Part shown: one piece after another, positions 50,176 to 61,012 of the stretch
How positions within the stretch are numbered: position 1 is the first letter of the stretch
Layout: every line of letters starts with the position of its first letter
Assembly: GCA_965238175.1 (NCBI GenBank)
Contig: CBDEGZ010000003.1
Coordinates: forward strand, 608,001 to 672,000
DNA length: 64,000 nt
From: Gammaproteobacteria bacterium
GTDB taxonomy: Bacteria > Pseudomonadota > Gammaproteobacteria > CAJXQU01
Direction: 5' to 3'
Program-made: the position numbers and the translations under genes
Notes under the pieces: model-generated
What the model was told of the DNA's origin: nothing
Database searches by the model: none
What the model saw: only the letters and a program-made list of their open reading frames with translations

Positions 50176-53124
50176 ATGTTTGCATTAAATAAAAAAATTG
50201 GTATTGGCGGCAAACTATTTCTGGCGTTTGGTTTTACGTTGACATTGATTTTAGCGGCTGCAATTTTTGGCTGGTTTAGTTTTGGTCAAGTTACTATTAA
50301 ACAGCAAGATGTGATTAACAGAGCAATTCCGGCAATGAAAGAGGCGCAGCAACTTGCAAAGATCAGTGCTAGTGTGAATGCAATGACCTCTGTCTTAGCA
50401 TCTACTATTTCCGAACAACAATATCTCGATATTCAAGCACGTCTTAATAGACAAAAAGATCGGCTAAAACATTTACTAAAGGATCTGGAGCATCATGGGT
50501 TTACTTCAAAAACGATTAAATCATTAAGAAAAACAGTAGAACGAATTACTGATAATCTTAATTTGCAAAATAGACAAGTCAGGTTACGTCTGGATGTGGG
50601 GAAAAAACGCGACATTGCAATTTCTAAAATGTTGACTGCTGCGGGAGATATTACCGATCTTTCCGGCTCACTTGTTGCAAATTCTGCATCAAGCACTACG
50701 GCTGTTGCATCAAGCTTATATGAGTTGATCGATAACCCTGAACACAATGATGCAGCTTTTGATGCACTGGATAGATTGATTGAACTAGATGTTGATTCAA
50801 TGGAGAGGATGTTTGAGCTACGCTTGAGTAGTGCTCTGATTAATGCACTAGTAACACAGCTTAGTAAGGAGACAGATATATCCAAGATCACATCTTTACA
50901 TAGAAATTTTATCAACCTATTGAAAATCATCACTCGTAGGATCAGTGAAATAAATGATCCAACTCGACAACATTTAGCAAAAAACTTTCTTATTAAACTA
51001 GAACATCATAGTAGTCCAGAAAATACAGAAAACGTTTTTACTTTACAACGCCGCCGTCTGATGAATAGTGAAGCATTACAACGATTACATATACAAGGGC
51101 TTGAAGCAGCAGCATCACTCAATACGATTGTCGGTGAAATGATAAAAGAAGGCAGTAACATCATTAATCAATCGACTTTAAATGTTGAAGAGGCTGTCGA
51201 CTCAGGTAAATTTAGCCTGGTAGCTACGGCCATTTTTTCGTTGATTTGTATTACGCTTTTTCTCTGGTTTTATATACAGAAAAAAATTGTTGATAGATTG
51301 GTGCAGCTTAAGTTTGCGATGAGTGAACTGGCAAATGGCAACTATGATCTATCGATTGATATGGATGGTTATGATGAGTTGTCATCCATGGCCGAAACGA
51401 TTCAAGTATTTAAAGAAAATGCAATTATTAAAGAGCGTTTAGAAAGAGTACAAGAAGCCACAGAACTTGAGCTCAGGCGACACAAAACACATCTAGAACA
51501 AGATATTGAAGAAAGGACAGAACAACTTAGGACAGCCAATAAACAGCTAGAGCAAGAAGCTAAACAACATGATAAAGCTAGAGATATTGCGGTCAAAGCA
51601 AATCGAGCCAAGACCGAATTTTTAGCGACAATGAGTCACGAACTGCGCACGCCAATGAGTGGGTTACTTGGCACTGTCAATTTACTTACAGATACAGAGT
51701 TGTCGCAACAACAGAAACATTACACTGAAATTGTTAATTCAGCAGGTCAAAGTTTACTTGAAATACTCAATGACTTGCTTGAATTTTCACAGATTGAGGG
51801 AGGAAAACTAGAACTGGGCCATATAGATTTTAGTCTGCAGCAATTGATGAATAATATGACTTCTCTGATGCAGACTTCTGTTGATAAAAAAGATATTTTT
51901 TTAGTAACAGATATTGATCCTAACGTGCCCAGGTTTCTAAATGGTGATCCTGGTAAGCTGCGGCAGATCTTATTGAACTTGATTGGAAACGCGATCAAAT
52001 TTACCGATCATGGGCAGATCGATGTCATTGTAAGACAACAAAAAAGGACAAGTAGTCATTCACATTTATTATTTGAAGTTAGAGATACCGGTATTGGTAT
52101 ACCTCTTGTAAGTCAAGATAATATTTTTGAACCTTTCACGCAGGTTAATTCGAGCATTTCACGTCAATATGGTGGGATTGGTTTAGGCTTGGCTATATGT
52201 AAACGTTTTATCCAGGCGATGGGGGGTGAGATAAATTGCAAAAGCGAGGAAAATAAAGGCACTATGATTAGTTTTTCATTAGCGCTTTTAATTGGTGATG
52301 ATAATAAATTGGAAGTTACCAGTCCTTTAGCTCACGAAGATTTTTTATTTTCACTAAAAATATTGTTAGTAGAAGATGATGAAGTTAATTGCATGGTTGC
52401 CAGATCCTATTTAGAAAAGATGGGTTGTCAGGTTGCAGAAGCTACTGATGGTTTTCAGGCGATTGAACTTGTAAATAAAGAAGTTTATGACGTGATACTT
52501 ATGGATATTGGATTGCCTGGTAAAGATGGTGTGGAGACGATGCGCGAGATAAGGCAACTTGGAGATCCTTATGTTGGTATTCCTGTCATTGCTATGTCAG
52601 CTCATGTTTTTAAAGAAGAAGTGAAAGGATATCTTGAGGCGGGCATGAATGGTTTTCTAGGTAAGCCGATAGATGTTGATCGTATGAAGAGTGTGTTGTT
52701 TGAAGTGGTTTATAGTAAGGATAAAACAGTGTCATTATTATCCTCTAAAACATTTAAAGAACAGGCAACAAGTTGTAGAGATATTTTGGTTGAAGATGTT
52801 GAGCAAATAGGTTTAGAAAAAACCAATGAACTTGTTGAATTATTTTTTAATTCATCACAGAAAACACTCAAAGATCTTAAACGAGCCATGGAGAATAAAG
52901 ATAATAAAGCGATAGGTGAAAGTGCGCATAAACTTAAGGGAGCGGCCTGCAATGTTGGACTTAATTTATTATCCCAATACGCAATGGAGCTTGAGTTGAG
53001 TGTCGATACACAACATGCGGAATTTCAGCAATATTTTGATCACATAAACCAGGTTTATAAAGACTCTTGTTTGTTATTGAAAAGTGTTTTTGAAGATATC
53101 TATCAGAGACAAAAAGCGGGTTAA
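50176..53124 (+). CDS. torS: Hybrid sensor kinase TorS
   Basis: IGGKLFLAF, LDRLIELDVD..ERM.ELR periplasmic motif, HAMP, FLATMSHELRTP, receiver and HPt (AHKLKGAA); between torT and torR. Confidence 0.92.
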   Translation: MFALNKKIGIGGKLFLAFGFTLTLILAAAIFGWFSFGQVTIKQQDVINRAIPAMKEAQQLAKISASVNAMTSVLASTISEQQYLDIQARLNRQKDRLKHLLKDLEHHGFTSKTIKSLRKTVERITDNLNLQNRQVRLRLDVGKKRDIAISKMLTAAGDITDLSGSLVANSASSTTAVASSLYELIDNPEHNDAAFDALDRLIELDVDSMERMFELRLSSALINALVTQLSKETDISKITSLHRNFINLLKIITRRISEINDPTRQHLAKNFLIKLEHHSSPENTENVFTLQRRRLMNSEALQRLHIQGLEAAASLNTIVGEMIKEGSNIINQSTLNVEEAVDSGKFSLVATAIFSLICITLFLWFYIQKKIVDRLVQLKFAMSELANGNYDLSIDMDGYDELSSMAETIQVFKENAIIKERLERVQEATELELRRHKTHLEQDIEERTEQLRTANKQLEQEAKQHDKARDIAVKANRAKTEFLATMSHELRTPMSGLLGTVNLLTDTELSQQQKHYTEIVNSAGQSLLEILNDLLEFSQIEGGKLELGHIDFSLQQLMNNMTSLMQTSVDKKDIFLVTDIDPNVPRFLNGDPGKLRQILLNLIGNAIKFTDHGQIDVIVRQQKRTSSHSHLLFEVRDTGIGIPLVSQDNIFEPFTQVNSSISRQYGGIGLGLAICKRFIQAMGGEINCKSEENKGTMISFSLALLIGDDNKLEVTSPLAHEDFLFSLKILLVEDDEVNCMVARSYLEKMGCQVAEATDGFQAIELVNKEVYDVILMDIGLPGKDGVETMREIRQLGDPYVGIPVIAMSAHVFKEEVKGYLEAGMNGFLGKPIDVDRMKSVLFEVVYSKDKTVSLLSSKTFKEQATSCRDILVEDVEQIGLEKTNELVELFFNSSQKTLKDLKRAMENKDNKAIGESAHKLKGAACNVGLNLLSQYAMELELSVDTQHAEFQQYFDHINQVYKDSCLLLKSVFEDIYQRQKAG

Positions 53125-53843
53125 TTAATGTCTGCTGTGAATTGGTAGCCTTCTCCATGAACAGTAATAATTATTTCAGGGTTTGCTGGATCAGTTTCCA
53201 ATTTTTGCCTTAATTTTCTTACCAGTACATCAATGGTACGATCAGAAGGGTTCCATTCCCGATGATTTATATATTTCATAATTTGATCACGGTTAAGTAC
53301 GTTTCCTGGGTGAGTTGTGAACAAATTCATCAATTCAAACTCACCACGCGTTAATTTGACACGGTGATCAGATTTATTTTCTAGTTGACGTTTTTTCAGG
53401 TCAAAACGCCAGTCTAGAAAATGACGTGTTTTATTTTCGTTCTTTATCTTTAAATCAACACTACCTGTGGTTCGACGGAGTAAGTTTTTTACTCGGATCA
53501 ACAATTCACGCATATTAACAGGTTTAGTAACATAGTCATCAGCGCCAATTTCAAGACCGACGATCCGATCAATATCCCCAGTTCTGCCTGTCACTAAAAT
53601 AATACCGATGTCGGAGTTTGCTCGTACTTCTCGCGCAAGAATTAAACCGTCCTCATCAGGGAGGTTTATATCAAGTAATAATAGATCAATTTGAAATTGA
53701 TCTATTAATCTACGCATTTCTTGGCCATTTTCAGCTTGGCTAACGATAAAACCTTCAGCTTCGAAATAGCTGGCCAAACGCATTCGTGTTACTGGTTCAT
53801 CTTCAACCATCAATAAATGTGCTTGGGTAGAATCATTCGTCAT
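53121..53843 (-). CDS. torR: OmpR-family response regulator TorR
   Basis: VEDEPVTRMRLASYF, LLDINLPDEDGL, IVGLEIGADDY, DRTIDVLVRKLR; ATG at 53843. Confidence 0.9.
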   Translation of the reverse strand: MTNDSTQAHLLMVEDEPVTRMRLASYFEAEGFIVSQAENGQEMRRLIDQFQIDLLLLDINLPDEDGLILAREVRANSDIGIILVTGRTGDIDRIVGLEIGADDYVTKPVNMRELLIRVKNLLRRTTGSVDLKIKNENKTRHFLDWRFDLKKRQLENKSDHRVKLTRGEFELMNLFTTHPGNVLNRDQIMKYINHREWNPSDRTIDVLVRKLRQKLETDPANPEIIITVHGEGYQFTADIN

Positions 53844-54037
53844 ATTGATGAATTTTTGCCTAAATAATCGCAAATAGAAATACAATTTTGAAGATATAAG
53901 GTCTAGTTTTATTATTTTATATTTGTACTCAATTTTCAAAAAGATTAAATTTAAAAAATCTAAGCTGAAAAGTGACTGAACTAACTTTACCAGCTATTGC
54001 ATTCAGACAGAAGTTTGAACTAACTCAGCATTATTTT

Positions 54038-54100
54038 TGTTAACAACCCTTAACAAAACTCCTACAAATAAGATCCAGGTATTGGCATCTCATTCACATC
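54038..54100 (+). promoter_or_regulatory. Candidate TorR direct-repeat boxes
   Basis: TTAACAA (54040), TTAACAA (54050), CCTACAA (54061), TTCACAT (54093); 10-11-bp phasing typical of OmpR-family sites. Confidence 0.45.
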
Positions 54101-54210
54101 ACTTTGATAGTGTTCTTGATAACCGAAATTGTATCGATTTTATTAATACAACATAAGGCTATACGAGTTTTTATTTAACTTTATATTTAAATGTAAAAAG
54201 GAGCTAAGTT

Positions 54211-55749
54211 ATGAAAAAAATGCTACCTGTTGTTACAACGGCACTGGTCATATTTGCATGTGGGCCTCAAAAGTCCTATGCAGAGCCAACCGTTGACAAT
54301 ATAACGGATGGTTCACCCTATTATTATACAGGAGCCTCAACTGATCCTATAGAAAATGGCGTTGGTGGCAAAGCGACTACAGATTCTGGGATTAATCATC
54401 TACCTGTCTTTCACGGACATATGCAAACTAATAATACTTATCGATTTGTTAATGTTGCTGAGCAAGTTTTCACCATGATTGGTGATGGTAAACATGGTCT
54501 CTGGCGTGTCCAGGATAACGGCACTATCCGTGAATATATTACTGATGAAGCTGAAGCTTCAGGTGATGGTCTTGATGATGGTTTGAGTAACGATGATCCA
54601 GCTAATTTATCAGTACTGGAAGATTATTACACGCATTATGATGTATCTGCGAGCTTTGGTTCGATCGGTGGTGGTGGTTATAAATCTATCGGTGGTTTCA
54701 ATGGTCAGACTGTTAACGCTGATGGTCATAAAACATTTGTAGATCTACCAATTTTCCATCCAAAATATGGTGGTAAATATGATAATCATCCACCAATTGA
54801 TCTAGCTAGTTACTATTGCACAATGTCTGGGCCAAGTTACGACAAGGCAAGACAGGCAATGGATTTTGCTTTTTCACAACCAGGTGCAGGGCATGACAAT
54901 ATTGGACCATTAGGTATTCGGGCTGGCTTGGACATTACTGAAAACTATACCAGGATTATTAGACTAAACTCACTCCCAGATGCCAAAATCTGGGCAAATA
55001 GTGATACTCGTAATGAAGCGAGGTGGCAACAAATAGATACATCTAAAACTAAAGCGGAAATTTATTTGGTTGAACGTCCGTTTTTTAATGAAGACTATCT
55101 TTTCATTACCGTCGTGTTTGATGATGAGAAACGCAGGAAAGAACATTCTTATGTACGCCCGGATGGTGTCTATTATGAACATCTGATGGAACGCAAGAAT
55201 AATGGTGAAAAACTGTACTTTGATACTAGACTCCAACAAAGACCAATATTTAATCTTCTAAAAGAAAGAAGTAGTGGTCGTCTCTTTAGATCGAGGGCGC
55301 GAGTCGATGGTTTCCCTCTCTATGGTGTACATCACCCTGGTGGTCTGACTGTCAGTAATGGTGCTTGCCCAGGAATGGGTGGTGACTTTGGTGAAACTTA
55401 TTATGGATCTGCATGGCCAACTAATTATCAAGAAATCACGCCACTGTGTGATGGTATCGTAATTGATATTAAGTTGTTTGCAAATCTAGATGGTGTTAAC
55501 TGGGATAATGAAAGTAAAAATCTGGCAAATAACGTTGGTACTGTAAACGGAGATACTACTACATTAGCTCCAGGTGATCTTGTGAAAAACTACACTACTG
55601 TACCGGGTAATTACGGTGATTATAGTGCAGCAAACACTGATCCATACTTGACGATTAAAGGACTCGTTAATCATGAAGCCTTCACAACAGATGGCACTGA
55701 AGAACTTAAGTTTCCTTCGTCGAATGGTCAAGTTGAAGTTAATGAGTAA
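54211..55749 (+). CDS. Unknown secreted protein, divergent from torR
   Basis: AAGGAG RBS; signal peptide (SYA|EP, or lipobox-like FAC); no recognised domain. Confidence 0.8.
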   Translation: MKKMLPVVTTALVIFACGPQKSYAEPTVDNITDGSPYYYTGASTDPIENGVGGKATTDSGINHLPVFHGHMQTNNTYRFVNVAEQVFTMIGDGKHGLWRVQDNGTIREYITDEAEASGDGLDDGLSNDDPANLSVLEDYYTHYDVSASFGSIGGGGYKSIGGFNGQTVNADGHKTFVDLPIFHPKYGGKYDNHPPIDLASYYCTMSGPSYDKARQAMDFAFSQPGAGHDNIGPLGIRAGLDITENYTRIIRLNSLPDAKIWANSDTRNEARWQQIDTSKTKAEIYLVERPFFNEDYLFITVVFDDEKRRKEHSYVRPDGVYYEHLMERKNNGEKLYFDTRLQQRPIFNLLKERSSGRLFRSRARVDGFPLYGVHHPGGLTVSNGACPGMGGDFGETYYGSAWPTNYQEITPLCDGIVIDIKLFANLDGVNWDNESKNLANNVGTVNGDTTTLAPGDLVKNYTTVPGNYGDYSAANTDPYLTIKGLVNHEAFTTDGTEELKFPSSNGQVEVNE

Positions 55750-55787
55750 ATGATCATGAGGTTGTGTAAATAGCAATATTTACGGAC

Positions 55788-55819
55788 AGCCCGGTTGATT
55801 TTTCAGCCGGGCTATTTTT
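55788..55819 (+). terminator. Rho-independent terminator
   Basis: AGCCCGGTTGA-loop-TCAGCCGGGCT-ATTTTT. Confidence 0.8.
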
Positions 55820-55993
55820 AAGATTAAGTACAAAAAATAGAGATTAAAAACAAATAGAAAATCTACGCGGCACATTAGTAAAAAATCATATCTATACAGT
55901 CGAAGAATAATTATCAATAGCATGCATTTGTTGGAAGCTATTATTAAGTAGTAAGCAAATAAAGTCTTTTCTGATCAGCTATTTATATTCAAC

Positions 55994-56028
55994 TACCAAC
56001 TTTGTGATACTCCCATATGGTAATTGAC
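55994..56028 (+). promoter_or_regulatory. Shared NarL-type motif upstream of the ABC operon
   Basis: TACCAAC-TT-TGTGATA-CTCCCATATGGTA-ATTGAC. Confidence 0.55.
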
Positions 56029-56204
56029 GAAAATTGGTTGGCGGTCGACTATCGGATACGTATAAATGCTTTAATTATGAGAGCTTGATTACATGATTTA
56101 TTGCTAGAAGTTCGTTAAGAAATAAATAAAAAAAATGTTTGAACTTTAACAATATTTGAGATCAAACAACGCATTCTATTACTAAAGTTTGGAGGTCGAA
56201 GCAA

Positions 56205-57473
56205 ATGAGTATTACACGTAGAAAATTTATAAAATCAACTGCAACTGGTGCAGCGCTTGCCAGTGTCGCAGCTGGTTTGCCTTTTAACGTATTTGCAGAA
56301 GGGAAAACGATAAAAATAGGTTTGAATATTCCAGAAACTGGGGACTATGCTCCTTGGGGTCTTCCTGGTCGATACGGTTGTGAAATCGTGGCTAAAAATT
56401 TGAATGATGCTGGCGGCGTGAAGATAGGTGATCAAACATACATGATTGAACCGGTTAGTTATGATCATGGTTATGATATTGAAAAAGCGATCACAGGATA
56501 TAAGCAACTTTCTGGTGACGATTCGTCAATGATTATGATGCTTGGTGGTGGTACAACTGGCGCGGTTGTTGATCGTGCAGCCAGACAAAAAAAATTACTA
56601 ACCACCTTATTACCAAGTGATTTAACGCCAGATACACCTAATCTTATTGCACCTAGTGAATCACACCCACTTTATAACGTGACGGGTGTTGATTGGTTGG
56701 CAGCAAACTTTCCTAAAGCTAAAACAGCAGTTATCTGTACTACCAATGATATCGAATACGGTCAACAATCTGCGGCAATTTATCAAGCTGCATTTGAAGT
56801 TAATGGTATCGAAGTTCTGGATACAAACTTCCATGGTTTTGATGACACAATTTTACCCGCAGTCGTTAGTGGACTTCTCGCTAAAAAACCAGATATTTTT
56901 TGTATGGCAACGGATGTTTATACGACACCATTGGTCGTGGCATTACGTGATCAAGGTTTTAAAGGGAAAATTGTCTCTTGTACGCTTGATGGCTACGGTG
57001 ATTTGATCGACAAAGTGGGCAAAGAATATGTTGAAGGTATTGTCTTTCAATTCCCTGATTTTGATGATCCAGCCTTGATCGCAAAAGAAGATAGTGATTT
57101 TCCTGATCCAAAAGGTTTCTGGGATGCGTTCCAGGCTCAACATCCTGGTGAATGGTCTGCTGTTGCATGGCAATATCCAGCAATCATGGTTGCATGGATT
57201 GAGGCAGCACAAGCGGCGGGTTCAATAGATCAAATGGAAGTATTGAAAGCATGGAAAGCAAATCCAAATCCACCTCACTCATTTGGTAATGCAATCTGGT
57301 GGGGTTCACAACTATATGGACAGGATAACTGTGTTGTAGGCGATTGGCCTGTCGTTACTATGCAAGATGGCCGAGCACGTATTGTTGAGTTCCGTAGCGT
57401 GGCAGATTGGGTCTCTAAACATAACGATGTAATAAAAGCCAAAATGCAAGCATTGGATCTGCGAACTGTTTAA
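56205..57473 (+). CDS. HAAT (LivK-like) ABC substrate-binding protein with Tat signal
   Basis: TRRKFIK twin-arginine motif; IKIG...TG.YAPWG, LNDAGGV. Confidence 0.88.
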   Translation: MSITRRKFIKSTATGAALASVAAGLPFNVFAEGKTIKIGLNIPETGDYAPWGLPGRYGCEIVAKNLNDAGGVKIGDQTYMIEPVSYDHGYDIEKAITGYKQLSGDDSSMIMMLGGGTTGAVVDRAARQKKLLTTLLPSDLTPDTPNLIAPSESHPLYNVTGVDWLAANFPKAKTAVICTTNDIEYGQQSAAIYQAAFEVNGIEVLDTNFHGFDDTILPAVVSGLLAKKPDIFCMATDVYTTPLVVALRDQGFKGKIVSCTLDGYGDLIDKVGKEYVEGIVFQFPDFDDPALIAKEDSDFPDPKGFWDAFQAQHPGEWSAVAWQYPAIMVAWIEAAQAAGSIDQMEVLKAWKANPNPPHSFGNAIWWGSQLYGQDNCVVGDWPVVTMQDGRARIVEFRSVADWVSKHNDVIKAKMQALDLRTV

Positions 57474-57495
57474 GTAGATCGATTATAAGCAGATT

Positions 57496-57524
57496 AAAAG
57501 GGGAGGTTTTCCTCCCCTTTTTTT
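57496..57524 (+). terminator. Hairpin/terminator after the SBP gene
   Basis: AAAAGGGGAGG-TTTT-CCTCCCCTTTTTTT. Confidence 0.75.
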
Positions 57525-57564
57525 ATCTAACTTATAAATAATTATAATAAAGGCAGGTGATGTT

Positions 57565-58434
57565 GTGGAATTGTTCCAACAATCAATTTTTAACAGTCTT
57601 ATGCAGGGTGGTTTTTTTGCACTCTGGGCAGTAGGACTAGTATTGATATTTGGTGTTATGGGGGTTGTAAACTTTGCTCATGGTGAGCTGGTGATGGCCG
57701 GTGCATTTACAGTCTGGGTTTTACATGCACAAAATGGTGTGCCGTATTTTGTAGCCATACTCGCTGCAATTATTCTTGCATCATTTATCGGCTTACTCAT
57801 GGAGCGGTTTTTATTCCGGCCAAATAGGGAGGATCCACTTGCCGGATTAATTTGTTCTATTGGCGTACTTTTCATTCTTCAGGTAATTGCGCACGAAGTT
57901 GGCGGTACCGGCCCGGCAAAACAAGTGGCTTCGCCTTTTGTTGGTTTTATTGATGTTACCGAAACTTTGCGCGTGCCTGTTCAAAAAGCATTTAGCTTTG
58001 GTGTTTCCACAGTATCTCTTGTGATTTTATGGTTTTTCCTGACGCGTACTAAATTAGGTTGGGCGTTACGAGCTGTTGCTTTAGATCGCGAAGCATCGGC
58101 ACTACAAGGTATCAATATTAATAAGATTTCTATGCTAGCCATTGGTGTCGGTACCGCATTGGCTGGTTTAGCAGGTGCATTGATGGCACCGCTACAAAAT
58201 ATACATTCACACATGGGACACAACGTTATAATTACGGCTTTCATCGTAACGATTGTTGGTGGTGTAGGGAGTCTCTCAGGTGCAGTAGCCGCTGCTTTTC
58301 TTTATGCATTTTTCTACACGTTCGTGTCAGCTTATTTTGACGGCACGATAGCAACAATCTGTGGATTATTGATCATGGTATTAGTACTGATAATCAAACC
58401 CACTGGCATTATGGGCGTGAAGGTGAGTGAATAA
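57565..58434 (+). CDS. HAAT ABC permease (LivH-like)
   Basis: GLVLIFGVMGVVNFAHGE, GWALRA, IVGGVGS. Confidence 0.9.
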   Translation: MELFQQSIFNSLMQGGFFALWAVGLVLIFGVMGVVNFAHGELVMAGAFTVWVLHAQNGVPYFVAILAAIILASFIGLLMERFLFRPNREDPLAGLICSIGVLFILQVIAHEVGGTGPAKQVASPFVGFIDVTETLRVPVQKAFSFGVSTVSLVILWFFLTRTKLGWALRAVALDREASALQGININKISMLAIGVGTALAGLAGALMAPLQNIHSHMGHNVIITAFIVTIVGGVGSLSGAVAAAFLYAFFYTFVSAYFDGTIATICGLLIMVLVLIIKPTGIMGVKVSE

Positions 58435-59416
58435 CATGAGTTCAATGAAAAGTGTAATTGGTCTGGTTGTTCTTTTGATCGCATTGGTCGTCATTCCTCA
58501 TTTTGTTCAGTATAAGCACCAGGATATTTTGATCTTTCTGGTTATAAATGTATTGGTGGTTGTGAGTTATCGATTAGTCACGCTAACAGGCGAATGGTCT
58601 CTGATTCATATCGTTATGATGGGTATTGGTGCCTATGCAAGTGCTTTGTTATCTAAGTCCCTGGGTATGCCATTTTGGATAACAATGCCTTTAGCTGGTT
58701 TTACAGCTGCGGCTGTTGCAGCAATATTATGTTTCCCTTTATTTAGAATGACTCAATTTTATTTTCTGATCGGATCGTTCGCTGCTGGCGAAGCGATACG
58801 GTTGTGTTGGGTCTATTTCATTAAGCCATTTGGGGGCACCAGTGGCGTTAAGAGTATTCCACCTCCCGAGCTTGGTGCTATTGATTTCTATGAAGCGATT
58901 CCGTATTACTACCTGACTTTGATCGTTGTCATCATCTCGTTATTTATTTTGTATCGAATAGAGAGATCACGTGTTGGTTTAACTTTGCATGCAGTGCATT
59001 GGAAAGCACCACTGGCAGAATCGGTCGGTGTTGATACCTGGAAATATCGCTCGTTGGCTTTTATCGTAGGTTCTTTTTTTGTCGGTATTGCAGGTGCGTT
59101 AAAGGTTCATTATCTGGGTGTTGTAACGCCTAATCAATTTGGGATCGGAGCAATGGTATTTGTTCTGATATGGGTAATCGTAGGGGGATATGCAACATTC
59201 GCTGGCCCTATTATTGGTGTCGTCCTGCTGACAATATTTGATGAATCAATTCGAAGTTTTGAAGTAATTCGGCCAGCAATTTATGGATCTGTACTTATTT
59301 TATCGATCCTCTTTTTACCGACTGGTTTAGAAAGCGTACCCGCAAAAATAAGGGCCTGGTTTGGGATTGGTTCAAAGCCCCAAGAACCGACATTATCAGA
59401 AAAAATTGATCATTAA
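58427..59416 (+). CDS. HAAT ABC permease (LivM-like)
   Basis: TGEWSL.H, GIGAYASA, SRVG, AESVGVD, IVGG...GP. Confidence 0.9.
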   Translation: MNNMSSMKSVIGLVVLLIALVVIPHFVQYKHQDILIFLVINVLVVVSYRLVTLTGEWSLIHIVMMGIGAYASALLSKSLGMPFWITMPLAGFTAAAVAAILCFPLFRMTQFYFLIGSFAAGEAIRLCWVYFIKPFGGTSGVKSIPPPELGAIDFYEAIPYYYLTLIVVIISLFILYRIERSRVGLTLHAVHWKAPLAESVGVDTWKYRSLAFIVGSFFVGIAGALKVHYLGVVTPNQFGIGAMVFVLIWVIVGGYATFAGPIIGVVLLTIFDESIRSFEVIRPAIYGSVLILSILFLPTGLESVPAKIRAWFGIGSKPQEPTLSEKIDH

Positions 59417-59463
59417 TTAGAATAAATTATTAATTAAAATAAAAAAACAATAGCGAGAAATTT

Positions 59464-60219
59464 GTGTCAATACTACAAGTTGAAAATGTAACCAAGCAAT
59501 TTGGTGGACTGACTGCTTTGAATGATGTCAGTTTCCAGGTTGAGAAAGGTTCAATTCATGGTCTGATTGGCCCTAATGGTGCAGGTAAGAGCACTATGTT
59601 TAAAAACATTGCTGGTTTTTATACTCCGACGAAAGGCAGTATTAAATATCAGGGTGAAAATATCGCAGGTAAGAAACCTTATACAATTGCTGAAATGGGG
59701 ATTGTTCGCACCTTCCAGGAGACAACATTGTTTCAGGAGCTTACGGTTTTTGAAAATGCTTTGGTTGGTTCACATATAAAGGCTCGCACGGATATTTTTT
59801 CAGCTATTTTTCGTCTTGATAAGCAGAAACAAGAAGCCGCATCTGAAAAGGTGATGGAAGTTCTCGATTTTATGGGACTAAGTGATCGTAAAGATCAGCT
59901 TGCTTCAGGTTTACCTTTGGGCTCACAACGTGCACTGGCAATATCCATTGCTCTGGTATCGGAACCAAAATTAATGCTGATGGATGAACCCTTTGCCGGT
60001 ATGAATCCTGAAGAGACCAATCATATGATGGATTTGACTCAAAAAGTCAGAGAGTCTGGCATAACAATCGTACTTGTTGAACATGATATGAAGGCAGTAA
60101 TGGGATTGTGTGATTATCTAACTGTTTTGAATTTTGGACAATTATTAGCAGAAGGAACACCCGAGGAAGTACGACATGACGATAAGGTGATCGAAGCTTA
60201 TCTGGGTGGGGTAAAATAA
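59464..60219 (+). CDS. HAAT ABC ATPase (LivG-like)
   Basis: FGGLTAL, GPNGAGKST, RTFQ, DEPFAGMN, VEHDM, AYLG. Confidence 0.92.
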   Translation: MSILQVENVTKQFGGLTALNDVSFQVEKGSIHGLIGPNGAGKSTMFKNIAGFYTPTKGSIKYQGENIAGKKPYTIAEMGIVRTFQETTLFQELTVFENALVGSHIKARTDIFSAIFRLDKQKQEAASEKVMEVLDFMGLSDRKDQLASGLPLGSQRALAISIALVSEPKLMLMDEPFAGMNPEETNHMMDLTQKVRESGITIVLVEHDMKAVMGLCDYLTVLNFGQLLAEGTPEEVRHDDKVIEAYLGGVK

Positions 60220-60929
60220 TGTTGCTAGAAGTAAACGATATTCATGTTCACTATGGTCAAGTGGCTGCCCTTAAAGGGATTTCATTACAAGTTGAAGAGG
60301 CTGATTTTATAACTTTGATAGGTTCGAACGGGGCCGGCAAGAGTACGACCTTACGTGCGATATCAGGTCTTGATCATCCAAGTGCGGGAGTCATTGTTTT
60401 CGATGGTCAACGCATAGAAAAAATGTCTCCCGATAAAATCTTGAAAATGGGTATCGCTCATGTACCAGAAGGACGCCGTGTATTTAAAGATCTGACGGTG
60501 ACTGAGAATCTTCGTCTTGGTGCATTTACCCGTAATGATAAGGAACAAATAGAAAAAGATCTGGAAAATACTTTTGTTCGTTTCCCAAGATTGCGTGAGC
60601 GTAAGGATCAATCTGCCAGAACGATGAGTGGTGGTGAACAGCAAATGGTGGCTATTGGCCGCGCACTTATGTCTAAACCAAGATTGCTAATGTTAGATGA
60701 ACCTTCTCTAGGTTTGGCGCCAATTATTGTGCAGGAAATAGCGAGAATTCTGATCGAAATAAATAAACAACAAGACGTGGCTATTGTTCTGGTTGAACAG
60801 AATGCGGAGCTCGCGTTAGAAATAGCAAGACATGCTTATGTACTGGAAACCGGCAAAGTTTCACTTGAAGGAGAAGCCAGTGGTCTTATGGATAATGAGC
60901 ACGTAAGACAAGCTTACCTCGGCATGTAA
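60219..60929 (+). CDS. HAAT ABC ATPase (LivF-like)
   Basis: GSNGAGKST, VPEGRRVF, MSGGEQQM, DEPSLGLAP, VEQNA. Confidence 0.92.
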   Translation: MLLEVNDIHVHYGQVAALKGISLQVEEADFITLIGSNGAGKSTTLRAISGLDHPSAGVIVFDGQRIEKMSPDKILKMGIAHVPEGRRVFKDLTVTENLRLGAFTRNDKEQIEKDLENTFVRFPRLRERKDQSARTMSGGEQQMVAIGRALMSKPRLLMLDEPSLGLAPIIVQEIARILIEINKQQDVAIVLVEQNAELALEIARHAYVLETGKVSLEGEASGLMDNEHVRQAYLGM

Positions 60930-61012
60930 TCAATGAAAATATTTCAAAACCAGATCAAGATCTGGCTTTAAAGACTCATATAAAAATTTAAAAATAATTC
61001 GGGAGGAAAATC

